Assembly (NCBI RefSeq): GCF_006345805.1
Contig: NW_021835956.1
Location: 106,372 to 170,371 of the forward strand
Direction: 5' to 3'
From: Octopus sinensis
Taxonomy: Eukaryota
DNA: 64,000 bases
Shown here: positions 37,110-49,822 of the stretch, in pieces
How positions within the stretch are numbered: the first letter of the stretch is position 1
How the letters are laid out: each line of letters begins with the position of its first letter
Notes under the pieces: model-generated
The model's database searches: none
Seen by the model: the letters and a program-made list of their open reading frames with translations, nothing else
Told to the model about the DNA's origin: nothing
Made by a program: the position numbers and the translations under genes

Positions 37110-38290
37110 ATTCGTTGATGTGGAGAAGATATTTGGCAGACTTCAGCATTCAGTAATTTGGTGGATACTAAGATAACTAGGTGTTGATGAATGGCTTATA
37201 AGGGCAATACAAACAATGTACAGAGATGCAGCAAATTAAGTAAGCATCAACACCTATTCCAGAAATAGATTAATTTAGTTTTTAAAACAGGAGTCTATCA
37301 AAGTTTAATCCTGTTCTCTTCCTTCTTGTCATTGTCTAATAGACTGCCATAGAGGAGTTTCAGATTTGCTGCCTATAGGACGTTATATATACTTATGATC
37401 TAGATCTTATATCTCATAGCTAAACCCATTGCAGAATTAAAGAGGAAATTTCATTTATTGAAGCTAGCCCCAGAATCAAGAGGCCTCAAGGTATAATGAA
37501 GGCTTTAGTGAATAGGACACTAGATAGATCCCAGGTATTTTCAGGGAAAAGATCTTGCTTGGTATGTAGAAAAGAAGTAGGTATAAAGTCCATATGGTGT
37601 ACTCAATGTAAGCTATGAAGACACACAAGAGCTGTAGAGGAATCACAGAGAGACAAAGATAATAAGCTTCATATGTGATTGACGCATTGGAGCAGTATCT
37701 ACCATGAGCATACCAAATTAAACTCTGGCTCACTAGAAGTATAATAGTATACAGTTTTTGTTTCCAAAAAGATGGTAATTAACAGAAATTGTGGTTGCTT
37801 TGAAAATATAGTAGCCAGACTAAGAATAAGTTCTAAAACGTTGAGGAAGCTTCTATCACTGCTAGCAACAAATATCTTTTCCCTCAGAGTGAAGGGTAGT
37901 TGAATAATGCTTATATCAGAACTATGATGTTGCATAGTAATGAGACATGGGATTTGAATGTAGAGGATTTGAGAAGACTGGAGAGAAATGAAGCTCACAT
38001 GCTCTGCTGGTTGTGCAATGTAAGGATACAAAGTGCAAATATATTGAGTGAAATACTGGACATAAGAGGAATCAGGGCAAATGTGCAAGAGAGAACACTG
38101 TACATGTATGATATGGATGAGGCCAACTCTGTAAAGAAGTTTACATCTCTTAATATAGGTGAAGCTTGAGGGAGAGGTAAAACCAGAAGACATGGGTGAA
38201 GTTGGAAAGCTGGTCAAAGGACGTTGGATTTCATGGAGAAAATGACAAGGTATCAGAATAACTGATATGGTGTTCTCAAGAAGAATTATC
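37110..38290 (+). mobile_element. Old decayed RTE RT fragment, including PHD-finger remnant
   Basis: Aligns to 28490-29640: ...LGVDEWLIRAIQTMYRDAA..., CLVCRKEVGIKSIWCTQCKL, ...TMMLHSNETW..NVEDLRRLERNEAHMLCWLCNV. Confidence 0.8.
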
Positions 38291-38444
38291 CATTTTGATA
38301 GATGTGAAATTCTGGAAACAGAATATGTATATATATAAATGCACATCTGCCCTTCCTCCAACTAATTTCCTCCTCAAGACATCCCTGCCACCCATCATCT
38401 ATCTAATTTGCAGTATTCTACTACTATAATTAAAGTAAGGTGGG

Positions 38445-38635
38445 AAGCTAGAACAGTTAGCACCTTGGGCAAAATGCTTAGCGGTATTTCATCCATCTTT
38501 ACATTCTGCGTTCAAATTCTGTCGAGATTGACTTTGCATTTTATCCTTTCAGGATCGATAAAATAAGTACCAGTTGAACTCTGGGGGTCAATTTACCCCA
38601 ACCCAAACTTACTGACCTTGTGCCAAAATTTTAAA
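38445..38635 (+). mobile_element. SINE family B
   Basis: GCTAGAACAGTTAGCACCTTGGGCAAAATGCTTAGCGGTATTTC...TTCAAATTC...GATCGATAAAATAAGTACCAG. Confidence 0.75.
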
Positions 38636-39829
38636 TCAATATGTATATACAAAGTACTGCATGTAAACCGTGCCATTGTTGCAAAGCAGACGTAAAAATG
38701 GTGATGACGATGATGATGTTGATTGTAATGATGATGATGGTGATGATGATATATATGCATAAATCTTTGTTGTTTATGCTCTTTCACTCTCACTCCCTTT
38801 CTCTTTCTCTCTCTTTCACTCTCTCTCTCTCTTTCCCTCTCTCCCTCTCTCTCTCACTGTATCAATCTATCTATTTATTGATAGAGAGAAACATAGAAAG
38901 AGAGAGGTAGATACGGATAAAGATACTAATATGTATATGTATGTGTATAGACATATTTACAAATACATGCACATATGCACACACCTCACTTATTATACAC
39001 AGAGGGAGGAAGGAGGGAGAAGGAGAAAATTATACAGACGTGTGTGTATGCTTGTGTGTGTGTGTGTGTGTCTGCTTGTGTATGTATGCGTGTATAATTA
39101 AATGTGCATTATATCTGTATGTGCGTGTATATGAACTTGCATTTATTGCATATCTGTTTGAGTATGTCTCAATATATGTATATGAAATTCTAGACAAGAA
39201 GAATTTATGTTGCAACATATCTTTGAAAATGTATAAGCTAATGTGGTTTCAGGTAGTTTTATTAGTTATTTGATAGAGGTGGGGCTATCTTGCTGTAATT
39301 AATGCTAAGCCAATGCCATGCTAGAAAACTGCTTGAATTGAAAGATATTGCTGTGAAATTTCAGTCAGATTCCTGTCAAAGAAATTTGGCACATAAAGAA
39401 AATTATTCCTTATAGTTTTTTCTTAGATACAGCCATGCACTCTAATATTAGATTATTTATTATCTTCACTTCAAAAATCTTTATATCATAAAAATACGAC
39501 ATATATATTTCAGACAGATATAATGTAGGAAATTTGATTAAAATAGTCATAATAATAATAATAATGACAAGTAGTGATGATGATGCTGCTGCTGCTGCTG
39601 ATGATATACGATGATGACTATGGCGAAGGTGGTAGTGATGGCGGTGATGATTATAATGATGGTGATGGTGATGGTAGTAGTGGTGATGGTGGTGGTGATG
39701 AGAATAAACCTTTCTTTATTGGCCAGAAGAACGCTCAACATACAATACAAATGTGTTATATAAAAAGGTTACAAAATATGTAGGGATGTAAATAGATACA
39801 TACATACATATATATAGATATATAGATGC

Positions 39830-40150
39830 AGACGTGGCTGAGTGGTAAGAAATTTCCATCCTAACCACATGGTTCTAGGTTCAGTCTCACTGTGTGGTGC
39901 ATTGGCAAATGTCTTCTACTATAGCCTCGGTAGGTCCAAAACTTTGTGAGTGGATGTAGTAGATGAAAACCCAATGTAATTGTGTGTGTGTGTGTGTCTT
40001 TGTGTCTATGTTTGTCTCCAATCACCACTTGACAAGTTTGATGTGTTTATGTCCCCATAACTTACCAGTTTGGTAAAAGAGACTGATAGGATAAGTACCA
40101 GGCTTTACAAAATAAGTATCGCAATCAATTTGTTTACGTAAAATCCTTCC
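39830..40150 (+). mobile_element. SINE family A (degenerate)
   Basis: GACGTGGCTGAGTGGTAAGAAATTTCCATCCTAACCACATGGTTCTAGGTTCAGTCTC. Confidence 0.75.
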
Positions 40151-40522
40151 CCACCTGGACAGGAAGCTGGTCTATTGCAGGATTAGGCACTTTTGCCAGC
40201 TGAGTGGACTACATCAACGTGAAATGAAGTGTTTTTGTACAAGGACATGTGTTGCCTTGTCCAGGAATTGAAACCACAATCTACGATCATGAGTCCAACA
40301 CTCTCAACACCAAGTCATGCACCTCCACTAATGACATATGCATACCCTCACATAAACATTCTCTGTACACATATACCTACATAAATGCTGACACACTGCC
40401 ATTACCACTCACCCATGATCTCATTTTCCTACCCATTTGCTTGCCCTCTACACAACAGCACCACTTTCACATATACATGTTTCTCTACACTGCTACCCCT
40501 TCCCCATAACTTCACACCTCCC

Positions 40523-40562
<40 letters not shown>

Positions 40563-41087
40563 ACACACACAGAGTTCATGTCTTCTCCCATCTTGCCCCC
40601 TTCACATCATAAGGTGGCATATTTATATATATACATACACACACACACATATATATACACACATACATACATACATACATACATACGTACATACATGCAT
40701 ATATATATACACATATATAAACCGATTATAGAATGGAATAGTTATAGATTTAAAGTTATGAATTTACAAAATTTCAGTTAGATTATTTATTTATTTATTT
40801 ATTTATGATTAATCATGTTCATATAACATCTCTGTAAAAATTTAGAAATTATAAATATATTCATTTGATATTTTTCGTCAAATAGTTAAGAAGTTATGTT
40901 AATCTGATGAAGCATCATTACATATTCAAACGGATTGGTTATTCTTGAAAAACCTTCATTTGTGAGTGAAGCAGAAACAACTGTAATTTAAGAGATGTGT
41001 CATTTGTTTGTATAAAATTTTGAAATTGAATTGAATATATAATTGTTCAATTTATTGTTTTGGTTTTCCATTTCTGATTCATATTTA

Positions 41088-41338
41088 TTGTGCCAGTGGC
41101 ACATAAAAAGCACCATCCGTTCGTGGCCGTTTGCCAGCTCTGTCTGGCACCTGTGCAGGTGGCACGTAAAAAGCACCCACTACACTCACGGAGTGGTTGG
41201 CGTTAGGAAGGGCATCCAGCCGTAGAAACACTGCCAGATCTGACTAGGCCTGATGAAGCCTTCCGGCTTCACAGACCCAGTTGAACCGTCCAACCCATGC
41301 TAGCATGGAAACGGACGCTAAACGATGATGATGATGAT
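41088..41338 (+). mobile_element. RTE 3'UTR/tail copy with a single 62-bp unit
   Basis: GTGCCAGTGGCACATAAAAAGCACCATCCGTTCGTGGCCGTTTGCCAGC...(GAT)n. Confidence 0.85.
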
Positions 41339-42239
41339 AAAACTGTATGTTTATTTAACTATTGAAGTAACATTGCTATTGATATAGGTAATATAAACCA
41401 GTAAATTCTTCGGATATTTAATATCCCTTAGGTGTATTTACACCTAGTTAAACTGTTATATATATATATACTGTTGTGTCTGGGAAGAGTCGTCCTCTTT
41501 TAGTGCCTTACAATTTAACACACTCACCTGTAAAATTTCCACTTATTTCGATTACATTTTTCTAAAATTTTCGTTTTCACCTTGCAACCTTTTCAATAGT
41601 TTTGACTCTGCCGTTATTCACACTGCATTCCTTTATGTTTGTTTGTGTGCTTGTGTATGTATGTATGCATGTGAGTGTATGCATGTGAGTGTATGCATGT
41701 GAGTGTATGCATGTATGCATGTGTGTGCATATGTATATATTTATGTATGTGTGTATTTTGTACATATGTACTCTGCATATTCACGTGTTTGCGTGTCCGT
41801 GTTTGTTAGCTTTTATGTATGTGTGCATGTGTGTTTGTGTATGTGTGTGTGTACCTCTGTCTACTTGTGTGTGCATGTCTGAGTGTGTGTGTGTGTGTGT
41901 GTGCGTGTGCTTTGCAACTATGTACCGTGTTTGTATGTATGGATGTGCATCTCCATATGTGTGGACGTGTGTCTCCATATGTGTCCTTGAGTGAAGTAAA
42001 GTGTGTGTGCGTGTGTGTGTGTGTGTGTGTATGGTCATGTGTTTCAGTCTCCATTTGTGTATGTGTTCTTGTCTGTTCATATAAACTATGTACCTATCCA
42101 TCTGTATGTTGATCTGTTTACTTTCATATCCATATGCTTTTATAAATGTGCATATACATATATATAAATACATACACCCACACACACACATACACACATC
42201 TATCTACATAACAGACTAACTATTCTACTCTACCTGTGT

Positions 42240-42480
42240 AAACTGTGGGTATGGGGGGTATGATATCTACTATGTATATTTCTTATTTAGTATTGGGAAA
42301 GTTTCATTTATGAAGATGTACTCATGTATTTGTCTGAGTGTCGGGTCTTTTGGGTGCTTGGATAAGATGTGGATGTCAAGTTGACCCAGGTTGCCTCCTG
42401 TTGGGTCCTTGGCATGTTGGTATAGTATGGAGGACTGTTGGTAACTGATGTATTTTGAAAACATATTTTACATTATGTCT
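42240..42480 (-). mobile_element. Penelope-like GIY-YIG C-terminal remnant
   Basis: SSILYQHAK...ILSKHPKDPTLRQIHEYIFINE..PILNKK fits the PLE H...IL...DPT.RQI.EA..I....P.LN pattern. Confidence 0.6.
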
Positions 42481-42519
42481 CGGGTATTAATGTAGTATAT
42501 GTCTGATATCATTTATCTT

Positions 42520-42910
42520 TTAGTCTTTTAACTATTTCAGTCATTAGGCTGTGGCCATGCTGGGGTATTGCCTTGAAGAATTTTAGTCAGACAAATCGCC
42601 CCTAGTACTAAATTTTTATATTTTGTGAAACCTGGTACTTATTCTATCAGTTTTTACCAAACTGCTAAGTTACAGGGACGTAAACACACCAACACCAGTT
42701 GTCAAGCAGTGGTGAGGGACAAACACAGGCACAAAGACACAAATACCGCACGCACACACACACACACAAATGGGCTTCTTCAGTTTCTCTCAACCAAATC
42801 CACTCACAGGGCTTTGGTCAGCCCAAGATAGTAGAGTAGACACTTACTTAAAGTACCATGCAGTGGGGTTGAACCTGGAACCATGTGGTCAGCAAGCAAA
42901 CTCACCACAG
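42520..42910 (-). mobile_element. SINE family A
   Basis: Reverse complement of family A. Confidence 0.8.
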
Positions 42911-43401
42911 AACCTACCTTTAATTTTGTTATACATCATCATACATCTATAAATATTATGGTAACACACACATGCTGTTTTTATTTATTCCCCATACAGT
43001 CCTGTCAAGCTGATCTGTGATAGAAGATGATTCACTTATGGCAATGAGTGCTTTGTTTCATAATTATCTAAGACTAATTTAATGCATACTTCTTGATCAC
43101 AATTATTTACTGATCTCTTTGATTAATGTTATTTACACTAAGTTTTAATGTAGCTCATGCACTATAATTTTATTATTAATCATCATGTGTAATATGCTAT
43201 TTCTATATATGAATTTATATACAAACATGTTATTGTTGTTTAGCATAAAGCAATTTCAATGAAGCGGATCCATGGTCAAAGACATTCAAACAGTTTTAAT
43301 TAGGATTAAACTAACAAATGTGTTTTTCTATTTATTTTAAATTAAGAATTATCTGAAGTAGATTGGGTTGCTATTCTCATAGGTTGAGTGAGTGCTTAGA
43401 G

Positions 43402-45573
43402 CAGGAGTTCTCATTAATTTTTTTGTCTATGGACCCCTTTTTCCTATTTTATTCTACTGGGCCCACATAGCCATTCAATGTATACTAAAAAATTCCTACT
43501 GCCTTTTATAATTGAAGTTTTTAGAATTGTTTATTTAAAAAAAAATTGAAGTTTTTATGTGTTGTAGAAGTATAAGCGGTGTCCCGGTCAATTCGTTGAC
43601 AGCAGTTTTTTTTGTCATTGAATTTGTTCCCAGTCAATTCATCATTGGTCAATTCGTCCCCAGGTCAATTTATCGTCAGTCAATTCGTCAAGATCATAGG
43701 AAAAATGGAAGAATAAATATCTGAAAAAAAAAAAAACCCCAAAAACGTCTATTTTAAGTTTTGCCGTATTACATATTTATCTTTTCTTAAAATTTAAGAG
43801 TCTGAGCAATTGCTTTTAGAGAAATAAATTTTTTGGTTTGGATCATATTTATACATGACATTTTTTATAAGCATGTTCATATCTCTTGATATTTTTTTTT
43901 TTTTTTTGCTTGGTTTCTTCTCCTTATATAACTTCTGCAAACTGGCAAACCTTTCCTCACATTAATCACATCAATAAATTTCTAATATTTGGATGATATA
44001 ATATCACTGTGTTTTTCAGCGTGCTGTGGTAGGCTTCTAAACTATTTGTAATACAAGTAGTCCTCATCATACATCGATCCCAAACATTCCATATAGTAAT
44101 GGAATGGAGGTTCAAGGCATCGCCTCCTCTGTCCTCCTTCGCTCTTCCTCTAAGTTCAATAAATTATTTTCAAAATAAGGATACAATTGACAGAATTCCA
44201 CATCATCTAAAATTGTTCGTATCCATCTACAACATCCTCAACGGCAGGAAGGCAAGGGCAACAAAACACTGCATTATTAGACTAAAACTGTCATCTTCAT
44301 GATATCTGAATTTTAGTCCTTCTTGCACAACATGTTTGTACATATTTTGTCCCAAATGAAACAAGCAGCATGCCAAGTTGACCCAGGAAACGATTTCAGA
44401 AATCCATAATTATAATATCGGGTCCCTCATTCTGCAGTAATTATTTATTTTGACAAAATGTTTACTATATGTGTCTTGACTTTTGCCAGAGAGCAATACG
44501 AGCAATTGTGGGGGTTTAAAATGATCATTTTGAATGTGAAATATATATAACTGAAAATATATACTAGAGCGCACTTAAATGTTCCATCTGCTGTCCAGTT
44601 TTTGCTGTTTTAACTGTCAAAGCGGTTTGTCACTTGCAAATAGAAGCATTCGTTTTGAATCTTCCATCCCACTGTCATACTGTAAAAACGTTTCAACATT
44701 GTAAAGGTAGGAGTATTTACTTGGAATGGAAACCCATCATTTGTAAGTGAAGTGGCAGGATAGTTGGAATCAGCTTACCTCCAATGCCTAATATTCCTAT
44801 TAAGCTGCGAAAACGGAGCTATTTGCAACAATGTACAGTCATTTGAATTCTGAACTTCACTAGCAATAATTGAGCGAGGGCATCTCGAGATAAAAATGGA
44901 CTTTACTTTGATATTTGAAACTATTATCCTTGCATTTACCTCTGCAGCAGTTTGAAGCGTGGTTATGGATTTCTTAAGATCTTTATAATTTTTATCTGTA
45001 TAAAGCCTTGCTTTGCACACACGATTTTCGCATTTCCAGTATATCTTCAATCCATCTGCATTCTGCTTATTTTTTGTGTATATGTATAATTTTCTTTTGA
45101 TCGACCCACTTGATTTTTCCTTTTCTCTGAAATTATATCTTACAGGTATTCATGTGATGGGTAGGTGTATTGAATAAATTTAATTCAATTTGTTTGAAAA
45201 TCTTTGTTTATAAACTGTTCAACACAAATACTTAAAAGAGAGAGAGAGAGAGAGAGAGGAGGTGGAGTTAAAGAAAGGAAAAGTATTAAAACTGTCCGAC
45301 AATTTTAATTCTAAAGTGATTGTTCTAAACTTTCCTTCAAAAATCATATTTTTGAGTATTTTGGAGATGAATTGACCTGGGATGAATTTACCAGCAACAA
45401 TTGACCTGGGGATGAATTGATCAACAATGAATGACCGGATACAAATAAACCACGATGAAATAACCAGGGACAATTGTCCTAGCACCATATAGCAATATAT
45501 TGCATATAAATTTTAACAACAAAGTCTTAAATGGATCCCTGAAAGCCATATGAACCCCATCTGAGAATCAATG
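43402..45573. mobile_element. hAT/Charlie-type MITE split by the MULE insertion
   Basis: Left CAGGAGTTCTCA and right TGAGAATCAATG (CAGTGGTTCTCA-like TIRs); imperfect 8-bp flanks GCTTAGAG / GCTTGGCT. Confidence 0.45.
43578..45486 (-). mobile_element. Decayed FLYWCH-MULE (Mutator-like) DNA transposon
   Basis: Minus strand: YTYTKNKQNADGLKIYWKCENRVCKARL (FLYWCH), WTADGTFKCA, CLFHLGQNMYKHVVQEGLKFRY, CFVALAFLP, NSLEAYHS.LKN. Inverted subterminal GGTCAATT(C/T) repeat arrays at both ends. Confidence 0.85.
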
Positions 45574-45839
45574 GCTTGGCTGCTCCTTTGCTGACTCTTG
45601 TAAATGCATATTTATGAATGCACTAAGAAAATTAAGTTAATAGATGGAAAATCAGTGATCTATATACATTTGCTAACTTTGAGTATGTTTAGACTTTAAG
45701 TAGTCTTAATTTTTTTGTAATAATAAATTCTTACTAGAAAATTTTAATAATAACAATAATAGTTTCTTTTCATTTTTATCCTAGATAATGAAATGAGGAA
45801 AATAGTAAGGGAGGAAAACAGGGATTGCTAAATGATGAA

Positions 45840-46300
45840 AGTAAGAAAATTAGAACGGCAATGCTGTCGTGTAAAAATCAATACATTACTATGTCTGATT
45901 GGATTAAACACATATTGCTTAAGATTCATGGCTGGTTTGAAGAATATAGAAGTACGTATTGTTATATGTTCAACCCCAGTGAGAATCTGAAGAGACATTT
46001 GTGTTCTGGCTGGTGATAACTACTTTGCAGACTATATTAAATAGAAAGAGAAAAGCTTTTGAGCAAAGCAAAAATCCTATCAAAATTAAGTCATCACTCC
46101 AAGATTGTACAGAGGTGTTTTACTTGATGAGACAAGACCATTGAAATCAAGAAAGAAAGAAAGAGGAAGTAAATGGCTGGAGATGTTGGCAATCATACAC
46201 GACATCTATGTCAAACTGGTTTTATTGTGTCGAGCCTGGCAAGATATGGCTGGTCAATCAAAAGTGGTTTTGAAGGAGTCAATATGATGGTGGTTTGTAT
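45840..46300 (+). mobile_element. Highly decayed LINE RT C-terminal remnant (RTE/RTE-X-like)
   Basis: Fragments resembling IGL.IN..KT, RK.KAF...IKIK...C.E.VLL..ET.PLK. Confidence 0.35.
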
Positions 46301-47039
46301 AGCTGCAGTCTTGATTGGATGTTATATAACTACAGAGTGCAGTTGCTTTCTTTTCATATTGTTGTTGGTTTATAACTCTGCTTTATCAAGCAGTTATATA
46401 TTTGCAAGAAGTGACCTCTTAAAGAAGTAAGGTACAAGATAGCCACGTGAGTTTTTGTCACATGTTTAACCTTCATCTATGCATTGGAAGATTAAATAAG
46501 CACCAGCGTTTTATGAAGAATTTCTTGGTACCAAGGTTAACACTTGGTAAATAATTCAATAACAACACTCACAAAATACTTGTAAAAATACCAATTGACA
46601 AAGATCCCCTCTCTCTCTCTCTCCCTTCTTTAATTGCAATTTAATATTGGCAGTAAATAACCTGCTATTAGAAGGGAAGAGCATCTTTCTATCTAATGAA
46701 CTTATATCAAACAAAACCAAGAATATAGCAAAAGTATATTGTATTACAAGAGTTTTTTAAACTTTTATGCTGAATTCACACTAGCTTGGAATTATCCCAA
46801 ATATAATCAACATCATAAACTCTTCTGTTGCGATTGAATAAATCATTTGGAGTGTTGATACATTAGAAAGAGATTACAAAAGGATAAGTGAAAAAACAGA
46901 ATGTAAATAAATTTGTTTGTGAATATACAGCTTTAAGAAATCTGCAGCATCATTTATTATTTTTTTTTTTCTTTCATAATTTCAGTTTCATAGTTGTAGC
47001 CATGCTGGGGTACTGCTATTACCTCTGCTACACTTCCAC

Positions 47040-47350
47040 TACTTGAAACCTCTTTATATGTGACATTTTGTGGAATGTGGGAGTTTGATGTTGCTGACCT
47101 CATCTAAGTTTCTTGTCGCAAGGCTGGTTATTCAAAACACTTGAGAGGAGGAGATCCAGTCTTGTTTTGCAGACACTTACATCCCTCCCAACAACGTAGG
47201 TTTCTCAGGCTTTTTTGGGAGGAAATTGAAGAGCTGTGTACCCATGAAACCTAAGCTGTTGCAGTAGCTGGTCCTATAACTTGTTAGCAATGTTGGGATC
47301 TTTGGCAAAAATGTAGTGGTGCTCTGTTCTGCTGTTTGGGTAACATTCAA
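47040..47350 (-). mobile_element. CR1/L2-like LINE 3' fragment
   Basis: Homologous to 8340-8660 (…NSLGFMGTQLFNFLPK.LRNLR...VSVCKTRLDL…). Confidence 0.7.
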
Positions 47351-47384
47351 TGCTAAAGTTTTTTTAACTTTTAATTATCTTTTA

Positions 47385-47809
47385 CTTGTTTCAGTCATTG
47401 ACTGCGGCCATGCTGGAGCTCTGCCTTGAAGGATTTTTTTCTTTTAATCAAACAAATCGACCCCAGAACTTATTTTTTAAGCCTAATACTTATTCTATCA
47501 TTCTTTTTTGTCAGACCACTAAGTTACAGTGACCAGCACTAGTTGACAAGTTGTGATGGAGGGACAACACAGACACAAAACATACACACATAGATATATA
47601 TACATACATACACACATACATACATATATTAATATATATATATATATATATATATGTATATGTATGTGTGTATATATATGTATGTGTATATATAAATATA
47701 TATTATATATATATATATATCATATATATATGTATGTATGTATGTATATATATATATATATAATTATGTATATATATATATACATACATATATACATACA
47801 TCATATATA

Positions 47810-47844
<35 letters not shown>

Positions 47845-47897
47845 CTATATACATATATATATCATATATCATATATATATATCTATATATATATATA

Positions 47898-47942
<45 letters not shown>

Positions 47943-48090
47943 ACACACACTGATGGGCTTCTTCCAGTTTCCATCTACCAAATCCACTCACAGGCTTTGG
48001 TTGGCATGAATTATAGTAGAAGACATTGCCCAAGATGCCATGTAGTGGGGCTGAACCCAGAACTATGTGGTTGTGAAGCAAGCTTCCTAC
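47385..48090 (-). mobile_element. SINE family A with ~360-bp internal (TA)n expansion
   Basis: Tail 47385-47580, microsatellite 47585-47945, head 47950-48090. Confidence 0.8.
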
Positions 48091-49797
48091 GCATCAAGGA
48101 TAACCATTCACATTAAAAGAGTGATTGACAGAGAAATAAGTACTTAGCTTGAAAGTTTAGAGTATCATTTGATAAAACTAAAAGAAAAAAGAAAGAAAAT
48201 ATTGATGTGCAGATGATGCTCCTGCCATGGCCTTGGCTGTGGTGGCTAACACAAAGTAAAGAACTAAAGAAAAACTGTCAACGAAACCTATGATGTCACC
48301 ACTGATTACTTTCAAACACAGGATAAACAATGTGTTATCTGATACGTAGAGATTAACAAAAAATTGCTGAGTGCAAACATGGATCCTGTTCAAAGTCAAA
48401 ATGTTCTTAATGAAGTAAACAGAAATGAAGAAATTAAAACATCCGATAAGAAAAAGAACTAAATTTAATATTCTAGTTATATTACATGCATAGCTAGCTG
48501 ACAGAGAAAAGAAAGGCCATGTCTTATGATCCACGTAAACAAAACTATTCTTATAAAAATGTTGGAAATCCTGCTTAAAGACTATTGTATTTTAGTGTTT
48601 TATTAGATTTTTTGTTGAAAATTTAACAGGAAACAAATAAAACATTCTCTACTTTTTTTTGTATTATTAATATATCTCAAAACATGCAAGTAATGTGCAG
48701 AAGTTACGAAAAAATGCCAAATTTAATCATATACAAGTGATACTATTAAAATATCTTTGTAAACATTAACTTCAAGGTTTGGGTCAAATTAAGTTTTATT
48801 AGTATTGTTTTATATATTTTTCCCTTGTGTTCACACAAAAGTCCGACATTTAATGTGTAAATAGGTATCATGTGTACAGCTATCATAAATGTTCTTGCCT
48901 TCCTCTTCTTGAAGTACATTATTAGTGTAAGTGAAGTGAATTGGTTTTGGCTTGGTTTTCCAAAATTTTATTTTTGTTTAACAATGCTTATCAACACATT
49001 TTGTTTAGTATTTCTGTCATAGACTTTTCAAAATTATTAATATCATCATCATCTACTTTCCATGCTGGCATCAGTTATGGTATGAGTTACAGTGCAGGCA
49101 GCATAAAAATATTTTTACTTTCTGGTTGCTGTTCAGTAACTGCACATGGATTGCTGGCACTTTACCCTTATTTATCCCTTCTTTCCCTTTGGATTTCCCT
49201 CTTTCCGATGAACCCCACTTTGCTCAAACATTAACACTTTATCCTTTCACTGAGCATCAAATTAATATATTGTGTTTGTGCACGTCCTCATGTTTGTTTT
49301 TTTTTTCTTTTTTTCTCTGTTTTTTAATTGTTTTCTTCTTTGAATTGGGATGTGTATGTGTGTGTGTGTATTCATCATCTTTAAAGTTGAAGTTTTAACA
49401 TTTTATAATTCACACCAGTATTATCATAATATACATATTAATAGGTAAGCCTTACATTGCAGAGACACTAGTAGTTTAGTGGTTAAGGTGTTGCACTCAT
49501 GATTGTAAGATTGGGGTTTCAATTCCTAAACCAGCTAATGCACTGAGTTCTTGATCATAACTCTTAGTTTCACATTTCTCCAGTTCACTCAGCTGGTAAT
49601 AATGAGCAATTTGTGTGATAAACCAGGGTCCCATCCTGGGAAGAATATATTATCCTATAGATTTGGGAAGCTGATCTTTGATGAGCTTGTTGCTCAGAAA
49701 GGACTTTTAATCCTTATTCTTTATTCTTTATGTTAACTAATGGAATACAGCAACAAATGCTACAAATACATTCAGTTATTTCAAATGTCATACAAAA

Positions 49798-49822
49798 TTT
49801 ATTTGAAATTCATATATTTATT
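49798..49822 (-). promoter_or_regulatory. Candidate poly(A) signals (two AATAAA) for the minus-strand transcript
   Basis: TTTATT at 49798-49803 and 49817-49822. A GU/U-rich stretch follows on the minus strand (49745-49790), and the plus strand switches from T-rich to A-rich here. Confidence 0.3.

Noticed and set aside
41555-41610. Hammerhead-like CTATTGA...GTTGC...GAAAATTTTAG on the minus strand
   Set aside because: Core non-canonical, stem II broken and no stem I pairing.
45784-46144. Apparent phase-compatible plus-strand exons DNEMRKI and TILNRKRKAFEQSKNP...
   Set aside because: The second segment and its flanks are better explained as a decayed LINE RT C-terminus.
48178-48260. Minus-strand acceptor plus short hydrophobic-ending peptide (GPI-signal-like)
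   Set aside because: All frames give low-complexity T-rich tails; nothing distinguishes it from chance.
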